Counted from the stretch's first letter, positions 17,875 through 25,858 are shown. The stretch is 32,000 bases of DNA from Vibrio vulnificus CMCP6 (GCF_000039765.1 NC_004460.2:690001-722000); one strand, 5' to 3'. Program-made: numbers and translations. Notes: generated from the letters alone by a model not told the origin.

Positions 17875-18108
17875 CCTCCCTATCAATATACTGTGTCTGT
17901 GAAGACTGGTAAACACTACATGTGCGATGCGAATAATAAGAGATACCACTATTTGTTGAGTTGTTTATCAATGTAACTTTGCGGTGATTAGAATTCTTTG
18001 GGTAAATAAGAAACGCTTGTCTTTGTTCCTGCTTGTCCCGCCGATACACATGAGTTACAACTTTGCTACACCAAAGGCAATCCACGATTAACTAATTTAG
18101 AAGATGCT

Positions 18109-18164
18109 GTAACTCAGTATTATCCAGAACTTTCACAGTTGGCACTTCGTAACTCAGAAGTGCC
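18109..18164. promoter_or_regulatory. Direct repeat GTAACTCAG x2 (40-bp spacing), the second copy in the loop of an 8-bp hairpin
   Basis: GTAACTCAG occurs at 18109-18117 and 18149-18157. The hairpin is GGCACTTC-gtaactca-GAAGTGCC at 18141-18164. Lies in the divergent intergenic region. Confidence 0.3.
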
Positions 18165-18209
18165 CCAAAATGCGCTGCCTTACTTCTGCTCCTCGAGTTT
18201 ACAAACAGC

Positions 18210-18235
18210 CATTTGACTTAATTTTTCTTATCCGA
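18210..18235 (+). repeat. Junction motif copy D
   Basis: CATTTGACTTAATTTTTCTTATCCGA. TTTTTCTTATC (18222-18232) is identical to 22252-22262, with flanking ACAAA..ATTTGA and ..AAGG also shared. Confidence 0.45.
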
Positions 18236-18268
18236 ACAAAGGGCATTTCGTCAGAGCTTTCTAAGCTA

Positions 18269-18290
18269 AATATGATATTGTAATCATATT
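18269..18290. promoter_or_regulatory. 8-bp inverted repeat, operator-like, upstream of the SIR2 gene
   Basis: AATATGAT-attgta-ATCATATT, about 115 bp upstream of the ATG at 18404. Confidence 0.3.
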
Positions 18291-18403
18291 AGTGTTCTTA
18301 ATGCCGCTATTACCAATAGGAGCACTGACACCGCTATTGATGCGATTAATTATCGCTTAAGTCACAACACCTAAAAGTTAGAACTTTAAACACAAAAGGA
18401 AAC

Positions 18404-21400
18404 ATGATGCGATTCCTCGAAAATGGACCTTCAATACCTGATGAACTCTTATTAGCCAGAGACCAAGGTCGGGTGGTATTTTTTTGTGGTGCAGGTGTTT
18501 CAAGAGCAAAAGCGGGATTTGCCGACTTTTTTGGGCTAGCTTCATCTGTAACATCTGAGCTTGGTGTAGAAACCAGCAGCCCTGCCTTGAAGCTTATAGA
18601 GGCTGCTAAAGAAATAACCGCTAGTACTGGCGTGGAAGGGGTAGTTTCGGCTGATAGAATATTTGGTTTGCTGGAGCGAGAGTTCTTAACGAGAGATATA
18701 TATAAATCAGTAGCTAAGGCTCTCACACCTGAGGGAGAAGTTGACCTAAGCGCACATCAAACGATGCTTAAACTAGCTACAACGAACGATGGTATCGTAC
18801 GTTTGGTAACAACTAACTTTGATCGCTTATTTGATCTTTGCAAACCAGATATAAATACCTTTATGCCCCCAAGACTGCCTGATCTTAATCATCCAATTGA
18901 TTTTAATGGCACGGTATACCTTCATGGCAAAGTAAACGAGGATGGTACAGGTGCTGCAAGCAACGGCTTTGTCCTCTCAAGTTCTGAATTTGGTGATGCT
19001 TACTTGGCTAATGGTTGGGCTACCTCATTTGTCAAAGGGATATTGGAAAAATATGTCGTAGTTTTTGTCGGTTATTCTGCGGACGATCCGCCAATTCAGT
19101 ATTTGTTAGAAGCACTCAATAAAAGCTCAAGCCATCTCAACGATATATACGCATTTCAATCTGGTGATGAAAGTTACGCTAGCTCAAAGTGGCACCATAA
19201 AGGGGTAAAAGCGATTGCGTATGACGATACAAATGGACATATCGCGCTTTGGAACACTTTGGAATCTTGGGCCGAGCGGGCTTCTGATCCGGATGCATGG
19301 TATCAAGGAATAATCACAAAAGCTGGAATGGGGCCTCACCTCTTACTGCCCTTTGAACGCGGTCAGATTGCACATATTGTTTCTACAACCGAAGGAGCCA
19401 AAAAGTTTGCTAATAGTGAAATACTAGCTCCTGCCACTTGGCTTCATGTGTTTGATCCTGAATTGAGATATGAAACTCCTCGTAAAAATTTATCCGGTGC
19501 AGAAAACCTAACTGAGATGGTAGACCCATTTCACTTTTACTCTCTGGATTCGGATCATACACCACAGCATGTTGACCCTAATGACTTTTATAACAAACGT
19601 GAAGTTCCCACAGGAGCATGGGATGCTTTTGAGTTTAACTCACAAGACATTAAAGGAACACAAGACCAACGTTCTATAAGATTTAGAGGGGATGATTCCA
19701 GTTCCCCTCAGTTTTCAACCCTGCCTCAAAGGCTCAACGCATTAACATATTGGTTGAGCAGAGTGGCGGAACAGCCAGAAGTAATCTGGTGGGTTACGAA
19801 GCAGCAATGTCTTCATCCTTGGGTTCAGTTTGTACTTAAGTCAGAATGTGAGCGTCGTTCTAAAGATATGGATAGTACACTCAATGAGGCATGGAGCTAT
19901 GTTTTGGATGGCTTTGAACAAACTGATAAAGGAGGACACCGCGATTGGTTTACTCTGGAAAGAGCAATAAAGAATAATGGCTGGTGTCCCAGAAAATTAC
20001 GGCAATTTGAAAAGGTAACGAAACCATTCATCAAGGTCTCGCCGCCTTTCCGCACCCCGAATGAGATCAACTGGGAGCAGATTAGTTTAAAAGACTTAAT
20101 TCATTTAGATGTCCATTACTCAGAACTACCAAGAAGGCTAGAAATTCCTGATGAGTGGATAATTCGTACCGTTGAAGTCCTGAGACGTAATCTAGAGCTT
20201 GCTGTTGAACTAGAAAAAGAAATAGGAGGATATGGCCTGAGCCTGAGTTGTTCGTTAACACCCGAGAAGAAAACAGAGGATTCGTATAGTCGAACTTACG
20301 GTCTATCTGCATGGGTATTGCTGTTTGTTTCTTACTTAGAGAAATTAGTTTTGATTGACCTTGATGCTGCTCGGAAGGAGCTTTCAAGGTGGCCATGCGA
20401 TGACAGTACTATCTTTGCAAGGTTAAAGATTTGGGCGTTAGGGAAAACCAATCTTGTGCCTAATGAAAGTATTATTACTACTTTAAATCAACTTTCAGAC
20501 GAAGCATTTTGGGATAGTTATCATGCTAGAGACTTGCTTCTAGCTTTCGTAGCTAGATGGAAAGAACTCGACCAATGTCGCCGTTCCACAATAGAAAATA
20601 GAATATTGCAAGGACCTAAACTTTGGAAAACCAAAGATGAAAGTAGATTTAAGGAACAGAAAGCGAGAAATATTCTGGATAGAGTAACTTGGCTTAAACA
20701 AAATGGTTGTGAGTTAACAATAGCAACGGATAAGTTAGTTGATAGGCTAAGAGATGATGCGCCGGAATGGAAGCCTGAGCATGCAAAAGATGCAGCGTGC
20801 TCTTTTGAAGTTCGCGGCGGTATTGTAACCAAAAATACAGACTATTCTTTGTTAGCAGATGAACCAATAGACTCAATCCTTGAAAGAGCATATGAATTAT
20901 CTGGTAGACAAGCTGATTTTTTGATTGATGAAGACCCATTTCTAGGTTTATCACAAGAAAAACCGATTCGAGCTTTCAGCGCTTTAACTTGTTCGGCAAA
21001 AAAGGGAAACATTGTGGACTGGGCTTGGGATACTTTCCTTTATGCTGAAGCCCGTAAGAATGATAAACCCCGATTTATGGTGTTAATTGCAGAGCGTTTG
21101 TCTGGTTTTACCAGTAATGACTTGGCAAAAATACTTCGTTCAGTATCAAGCTGGTTTGAGCAGTCTACTAGCGTACTTGCTGGTAATTATTATGCTACAT
21201 ACTATAAATTAGCGTTTAAATTAGTTGATGCAATGTCGATACAACCTGCTAACGGTGAATCTTCAATAATACGAGGTAGTAAAGCTCCTGATTGGGCCAT
21301 GGAGTCAATAAACTCACCAACTGGAAACTTAACCAGTGCCATACTGAAATCACAGTATGGCCGTACTTTTGAATCTGGAGAGTGCTTCACTGGGGATTTA

Positions 21401-22216
21401 TTGTTATTACTCAACCAATTATTAGCTTTACCTAATGATTTACATCGTTACGCAATGGTTATACTTAGCCGCAGTTTAAGTTGGTGCTTTTGGGTTGATC
21501 CTGACTGGACTCAACGTAACTTGCTTTCTACCTTAAACTCTTCTTCCAGAGAAGATCGTCAGGCATTTTGGGCTGGTGTTTTATGGGGAGAAGTTCGCGG
21601 GAAAGAACTATTCACCATTTTGAAGCCAAGTATTCTGGAATTGGCATATTCAGGAGAAGTTGAAACCCGAGGTCATCAGGATGCTATTGTGGGATTAATT
21701 TTCTCAGCTTGGAAAATTAAGGATGAGGATAAAAGGTGGGTATCTGATCTTGAATTAAAAGAAGTATTAATTAAAGCAAGTGATGGCTTTAGGTGTGGAA
21801 TATTATGGCAAGCTAGGCATGGAGAGAGTGAAGACAAAGAGCATTGGTTACTAGCATTCAGAGAACTTATCTCAAATGTTTGGCCAAAACAGCTTGCTGC
21901 TAAATCCCCCGCTGTATCAGAACGCCTTTGTGATATCGCATTTTGGTCGGAAGAACACTTCCCTGAAATTGTAAACCTAATCACTCCGTTCTTAACGAAA
22001 TTCGAACGTGCTAACCACATCTACCTGAATGATGACAACGTACTTAAAAAATATCCTAATGATCTATTGTTACTCCTGAACATTGTATTACCTGATGATG
22101 TTAACAAATGGCCTTACGGCATTGGGGACTATTTAGAGCAAATGATAGAAGCTAATAGTGAGTTAGGTGATGATGAACGCTTTATCGAACTCAAAAGAAA
22201 ATGGGATGCAAGGTGA
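18404..22216 (+). CDS. Large SIR2-like-domain protein (DSR-like architecture: N-terminal NADase-type SIR2 plus about 1000-aa unassigned C-terminal region)
   Basis: 1270 aa with an AAGGA RBS; the ATG at 18407 is equally possible. SIR2-like motifs: VVFFCGAGVS (aa 24-33), LVTTNFD (134-140), VYLHGK (171-176), VVFVGYSADDP (219-229). The rest looks helical, is rich in W and L, and has no motif I recognise. Confidence 0.8.
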   Translation: MMRFLENGPSIPDELLLARDQGRVVFFCGAGVSRAKAGFADFFGLASSVTSELGVETSSPALKLIEAAKEITASTGVEGVVSADRIFGLLEREFLTRDIYKSVAKALTPEGEVDLSAHQTMLKLATTNDGIVRLVTTNFDRLFDLCKPDINTFMPPRLPDLNHPIDFNGTVYLHGKVNEDGTGAASNGFVLSSSEFGDAYLANGWATSFVKGILEKYVVVFVGYSADDPPIQYLLEALNKSSSHLNDIYAFQSGDESYASSKWHHKGVKAIAYDDTNGHIALWNTLESWAERASDPDAWYQGIITKAGMGPHLLLPFERGQIAHIVSTTEGAKKFANSEILAPATWLHVFDPELRYETPRKNLSGAENLTEMVDPFHFYSLDSDHTPQHVDPNDFYNKREVPTGAWDAFEFNSQDIKGTQDQRSIRFRGDDSSSPQFSTLPQRLNALTYWLSRVAEQPEVIWWVTKQQCLHPWVQFVLKSECERRSKDMDSTLNEAWSYVLDGFEQTDKGGHRDWFTLERAIKNNGWCPRKLRQFEKVTKPFIKVSPPFRTPNEINWEQISLKDLIHLDVHYSELPRRLEIPDEWIIRTVEVLRRNLELAVELEKEIGGYGLSLSCSLTPEKKTEDSYSRTYGLSAWVLLFVSYLEKLVLIDLDAARKELSRWPCDDSTIFARLKIWALGKTNLVPNESIITTLNQLSDEAFWDSYHARDLLLAFVARWKELDQCRRSTIENRILQGPKLWKTKDESRFKEQKARNILDRVTWLKQNGCELTIATDKLVDRLRDDAPEWKPEHAKDAACSFEVRGGIVTKNTDYSLLADEPIDSILERAYELSGRQADFLIDEDPFLGLSQEKPIRAFSALTCSAKKGNIVDWAWDTFLYAEARKNDKPRFMVLIAERLSGFTSNDLAKILRSVSSWFEQSTSVLAGNYYATYYKLAFKLVDAMSIQPANGESSIIRGSKAPDWAMESINSPTGNLTSAILKSQYGRTFESGECFTGDLLLLLNQLLALPNDLHRYAMVILSRSLSWCFWVDPDWTQRNLLSTLNSSSREDRQAFWAGVLWGEVRGKELFTILKPSILELAYSGEVETRGHQDAIVGLIFSAWKIKDEDKRWVSDLELKEVLIKASDGFRCGILWQARHGESEDKEHWLLAFRELISNVWPKQLAAKSPAVSERLCDIAFWSEEHFPEIVNLITPFLTKFERANHIYLNDDNVLKKYPNDLLLLLNIVLPDDVNKWPYGIGDYLEQMIEANSELGDDERFIELKRKWDAR

Positions 22217-22231
22217 GCCAATTTTAACAAA

Positions 22232-22265
22232 TATTTGAGATTTTAAGTTACTTTTTCTTATCTGA
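22232..22265 (+). repeat. Junction motif copy E (longest; shares segments with all other copies)
   Basis: TATTTGAGATTTTAAGTTACTTTTTCTTATCTGA, lying between the SIR2 stop (22216) and its terminator. Confidence 0.45.
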
Positions 22266-22271
22266 GTAAGG

Positions 22272-22303
22272 CGCGTTAGAGCGATATACCTAACGCGTTT
22301 TTG
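22272..22303 (+). terminator. Rho-independent terminator of the SIR2 gene
   Basis: CGCGTTAG-agcgatatac-CTAACGCG followed by TTTTTG. Confidence 0.75.
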
Positions 22304-22335
22304 TCCAGAACCTTCATAGACTGAATTTTACCCTT

Positions 22336-22370
22336 GGGGCTTTCTAGCTCGAAAGCCCCCCTTTCTTTGT
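22336..22370 (+). terminator. Second hairpin terminator upstream of traD
   Basis: GGGGCTTTC-tagctc-GAAAGCCCC followed by the T-rich CCTTTCTTTGTT. Confidence 0.6.
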
Positions 22371-22451
22371 TAGTGCTTTACTCATTCATATCTTATTTAC
22401 CTGAATTTAAACTACTCCACCTTACTCTCTTTTTACTAAAAAGGAGCATTT

Positions 22452-24545
22452 ATGCACACGCCTACACGCAAGAAAAGCAACCACTTTACTCGTGGAGGAC
22501 AAGTGACCTTTCACGCCATTACCATGTTCTTTCAAGTGAACAATAAACTTGTGAAATTCATTGGTTGGGGCGTAGTTGCGCTCACTTTGTTACTGACGCA
22601 CCTAAATTCCCCTCCTAATGCTTTGTGGGGCGAATTTTATTACTTCCGTAATGTTCTATATGCAAAGCTAGGGAAGCCTCTCGATAGCCCTGTCACCACC
22701 ATTTGGGAAGGTGAGCGCTACACCGACACCCTCGCCTATCAACTGCAAAACTCTGTTCTCCTCGATATCCACGCCACCATTTGGCACAACGTTCAAATCT
22801 ACTTTCTGATTGCTTTAGTGATAGGCATGGCCATCTTCATGATCGCCTTACGCTTTTTTAAAGAGCAAGGCGAAAAACAGAGTGAAGATATTCATATCCG
22901 AGGCTTTCGCTTAGCCCCGCCAGAAGCCATCACCAAAAAGCTCAAAGCACGAGCAAAAGCCAAGAAGAAACGAGGCTATGGGGATGGGTCAATATCGAGT
23001 TTTAAAATCGATGGTCATGCGCTTTTAAAGCAGTACTTCGAAGTTCAGCACTTACTCATTGATGGCACCACAGGGGCGGGAAAATCCATCATGATCCGCA
23101 AACTGGTGCGTTGGATACGCGCTCAGGGCGATAAAGCCATCATCTACGATAAGGGATGCACCTTTACTAGTAAATTCTACAACCCAGCGACCGACGTTCT
23201 CCTCAACCCCTTTGATAAACGCTGCGCTAACTGGGATGTATGGAGTGATGCCATCGAGGCGCCGGATTTTGAAAACATGGCCGCCGCATTAATCCCTCAA
23301 CATGGTGAAGGCGACCCGTTCTGGGTCGATTCTGCCAGAACAATCTTTTCCTCTACCGCTTATCGCATGAGTCAAGATAACAAACCTTGCACCACTGAGC
23401 GATTACTCAGTTTGATCTTAACTTCTGAGCTGGAAACACTTGGCAACTTCTTAGAAGGTACAGAGTCCGCTTCTCTTGTCTCAACGGACATTAAGAAAAC
23501 CGCGATTTCCATCAAATCGGTATTGGCCACTTACATCAAAAGCCTGCGCTTTTTGGATGGTCTTAATCACCAAGAGCGCCCTGATAAGCTCAGACAAAAG
23601 TTTTCAATCACAAACTGGGTTCAAGACGATAACCAAAAAGGCTTTTTGTTTCTCTCCAGTAATGCGCAGCAACATGCTTCACTAAGACCACTGATATCGA
23701 TGTGGTTAGCCATTGCTTCCAATGCCATTTTAGGACTGAAAGAAGACGAAGAACGTCGTATCTGGGTCATTATGGATGAAATGCCAAGCTTGCATAAGTT
23801 GCCTGAGCTGGGCTCTATCATTGCCGAAGTTCGTAAGTTTGGGGGATGCTATCTGATTGGTATCCAGTCGTATGCGCAGCTCGTCAAAACCTATGGTAAG
23901 AATGCCGCTGAAGAGATGTTTGATTTACTTAACACACGCTTCTTCTTTCGAGCCCCGTCTGAGCCTATGGCGCGTATCTCTGCTAAAGACTTGGGTGAAC
24001 AAGAAGTCGATGTCTCAAAAGAAAATGTCTCTTACGGCGCAAATACCTTGCGTGACGGTGTCTCTCTTGGCCACCAAACCATTACACGCCCTGTCGTATC
24101 TGCTAGTGAAATCCAAGCCTTAGATGACCTGCAATGTTATCTGCGCTCTCCTGGCATTGATCTTATCACTAGGCTCGACCTAGAATTCGACAAAATGAGT
24201 GACATTTGTCCAGCGTTTGATAAACGCACCATTGTACTTTCATCCGCAATGAGCAAAGTATATGAACAGGCAATTTACCATGAATGTGTTGCGCCTGGCT
24301 TATACCTGAACGAAGAAGATCGTCATAAGCTAACGGATGCTCAAGAGACGAACTTTGAAAACGAAGAGCAGATGAAAGCAGAAACCGTTCACATTCAACA
24401 AGCGATAAAAAGCGAGACAGTGAGCGAGCTGGTCAACCAATATCCACAACTCAAACAGGAGCAAGCCTATCAAGAGGAAGCTCAGCGCAATATTGAAGAA
24501 GCCGCCATTTCTCAAGAAGCCGAAATAGGAGAAGTTTACGACTAG
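22452..24545 (+). CDS. traD: Type IV coupling protein TraD
   Basis: 697 aa with an AAGGAG RBS. Has N-terminal TM helices, Walker A DGTTGAGKS, and long collinear blocks with F TraD (IIYDKGCTF..LNPFDKRCANWDVW..DPFW..KTAISIKSVLATY..RKFGGCYLIGIQSYAQL..). The C-terminal tail is acidic and Q-rich. Confidence 0.95.
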   Translation: MHTPTRKKSNHFTRGGQVTFHAITMFFQVNNKLVKFIGWGVVALTLLLTHLNSPPNALWGEFYYFRNVLYAKLGKPLDSPVTTIWEGERYTDTLAYQLQNSVLLDIHATIWHNVQIYFLIALVIGMAIFMIALRFFKEQGEKQSEDIHIRGFRLAPPEAITKKLKARAKAKKKRGYGDGSISSFKIDGHALLKQYFEVQHLLIDGTTGAGKSIMIRKLVRWIRAQGDKAIIYDKGCTFTSKFYNPATDVLLNPFDKRCANWDVWSDAIEAPDFENMAAALIPQHGEGDPFWVDSARTIFSSTAYRMSQDNKPCTTERLLSLILTSELETLGNFLEGTESASLVSTDIKKTAISIKSVLATYIKSLRFLDGLNHQERPDKLRQKFSITNWVQDDNQKGFLFLSSNAQQHASLRPLISMWLAIASNAILGLKEDEERRIWVIMDEMPSLHKLPELGSIIAEVRKFGGCYLIGIQSYAQLVKTYGKNAAEEMFDLLNTRFFFRAPSEPMARISAKDLGEQEVDVSKENVSYGANTLRDGVSLGHQTITRPVVSASEIQALDDLQCYLRSPGIDLITRLDLEFDKMSDICPAFDKRTIVLSSAMSKVYEQAIYHECVAPGLYLNEEDRHKLTDAQETNFENEEQMKAETVHIQQAIKSETVSELVNQYPQLKQEQAYQEEAQRNIEEAAISQEAEIGEVYD

Positions 24546-24759
24546 GTTTCCTTTACTGCTAACAAGGATTAAACAATAACAGACACCCAAGACCTTCACC
24601 CCTTTCAAAAGCAGGCCTGAGCCAGGTTATTCAAGGAAAAAGCCCACAAAAGAGCAAAGCGAGCTGAAAAAAATTCGAGATCGCATTGAGCAAATTGAAG
24701 AGTAACAAGCTTGGGAAGCCCTTTGGGGAAAAGATACACTTTAAGAGTGAAAACAACGT

Positions 24760-25503
24760 ATGACGACAAGACATATCTTCGGAATGTGTTTACTGGTTAT
24801 CGTCTCGGGAGCCTGTGTGGCAGAACCACTCGGCAATACCAGCATTACCTCTTTCAACACCGCCAAGAAGATCGTGCAACAGCATGTGTACACCACCACA
24901 GAGCTGCGTAAAACGCTCTATTCCGATGCCACATTTAACGCGAAAAAAGACGTCTCGCTCCCTGGTGGGTTTAAGACAACTCAATACAAAAATCGATTGA
25001 AACGCTGGGAAGCCGAGCACGTTGTACCCGCTGAAAACTTTGGCCAAACCTTTATTGAATAGCACGAAGGACACGCCCAATGCGTCAATAGGAAAGCAAA
25101 AGCCTTTAAAGGCCGTAAGTGGGCAGAAAAGGTCAATACCGAGTAGCATCTGATGCCATCGGTTCTGTATAACCTCTACCCTGCAATTGGCAGTGTCAAT
25201 GCGGCAAGGCAAAACTACAACTTCACATTGCTGCCCCATGCAAGGTCCAGCTTTGGTCAATGCGATGTGCCTATTGATGGTAGGAAAGTGCAGCCGCCTG
25301 AGCAGGCACGTGGCGCGATTGCTCGCACATACTTATATTTTGAAGCGCTCTACCCTCGATACTCGATGAGTAAAGCGCAAAGGCAGTTAATGCAAGCTTG
25401 GGACAAACAATACCCAACAACGAAAGTGGAGTGTCAGCGAGCTCAACGAATAAAACAACAACAAGGCAATGCCAATCCTATCCTTGCCGAACGTTGTAAT
25501 TAA
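24760..25503 (+). pseudogene. Endonuclease I (EndA/Vvn/Dns family) pseudogene
   Basis: A single frame carries signal peptide, ..RWEAEHVVPAENFG.., ..LYNLYPAIGSVNAARQNYNF.. and ..ARGAIARTYLYF..MQAWDKQYP... It is interrupted by two in-frame TAG codons (25060-25062, 25144-25146). Several conserved Cys positions are substituted (FYCGC becomes LYSDA). Confidence 0.8.
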
Positions 25504-25567
25504 CCTTCTCCCCTTAAACAATCACCAGAGTAGCCATCCCTCTGCATTTTGTTACAATGCTCCTGGG

Positions 25568-25593
25568 CGCTTAGACATACCCATGTCGAAGCG
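25568..25593 (+). promoter_or_regulatory. Leader hairpin upstream of the hok-like gene, downstream of a candidate extended -10 promoter
   Basis: CGCTTAGACAT-accc-ATGTCGAAGCG (11-bp stem, one mismatch). TGTTACAAT (extended -10) lies at about 25549-25557. Confidence 0.4.
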
Positions 25594-25704
25594 TTAGCCA
25601 AAACATGGATATGAAAAAGCCCCGAATGAACTATAAATTCAAACGAGGCCTTTACCATGTATAAGCAACTTGATAATAGCCTCTTACTTCATAGGAGGCA
25701 AGTT

Positions 25705-25854
25705 ATGCCTAAAAAAACGGCTCTCGCAGCCTTAGTCGTGGTCTGCATCACGGCGGTCATTCTCACTGCACTTTATACCGGTTCGCTCTGCGATATCCGA
25801 TACAAAGATCAGCAAAATGACTTAAGCATTAAACTTGCCTACGAAGTAAGATAA
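25705..25854 (+). CDS. hok: Hok/Gef-family type I toxin
   Basis: 49 aa, MPKKTALAALVVVCITAVILTALYTGSLCDIRYKDQQNDLSIKLAYEVR. It has a single TM helix followed by SLC(D/E)IRY..D and ..AYE, as in R1 Hok (..[22 protein letters not shown]..). AGGAGG RBS 6 nt upstream. An in-frame ATG at 25657 would add 16 codons. Confidence 0.85.
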   Translation: MPKKTALAALVVVCITAVILTALYTGSLCDIRYKDQQNDLSIKLAYEVR

Positions 25855-25858
25855 GGTC

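Noticed and set aside
17735-18085. A 116-aa minus-strand ORF upstream of and overlapping the NTase gene, with a CxxC near its N-terminus, considered as a small Zn-ribbon regulator.
   Set aside because: It has a GTG start without an RBS, overlaps the well-supported NTase start by 80 nt in another frame, and has a low-complexity composition.
15826-22216. Calling the NTase, SLATT and SIR2 genes a single three-gene system, with the SIR2 protein as the nucleotide-activated effector.
   Set aside because: The SIR2 gene is divergently transcribed, has its own regulatory repeats and terminator, and is separated from the operon by a junction-motif copy. The SIR2 protein shows no recognisable cyclic-nucleotide sensor domain (SAVED, SLOG or STING). 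They are therefore treated as two adjacent modules, though co-regulation remains possible.
14291-22265. An integron-like cassette array (attC/VCR sites plus IntI).
   Set aside because: The junction motifs lack the imperfect inverted-repeat (R''-L''/L'-R') structure of attC sites. The recombinase is 198 aa, without the IntI-specific insertion or N-terminal domain. Cassettes carry their own promoters and terminators and lie in both orientations.
1202-25146. Possible amber (TAG) read-through or recoding, because all three internal stops in the two pseudogenes are TAG.
   Set aside because: traU, traN and traD end with TAG at positions consistent with full-length homologues, so TAG functions as a normal stop here.
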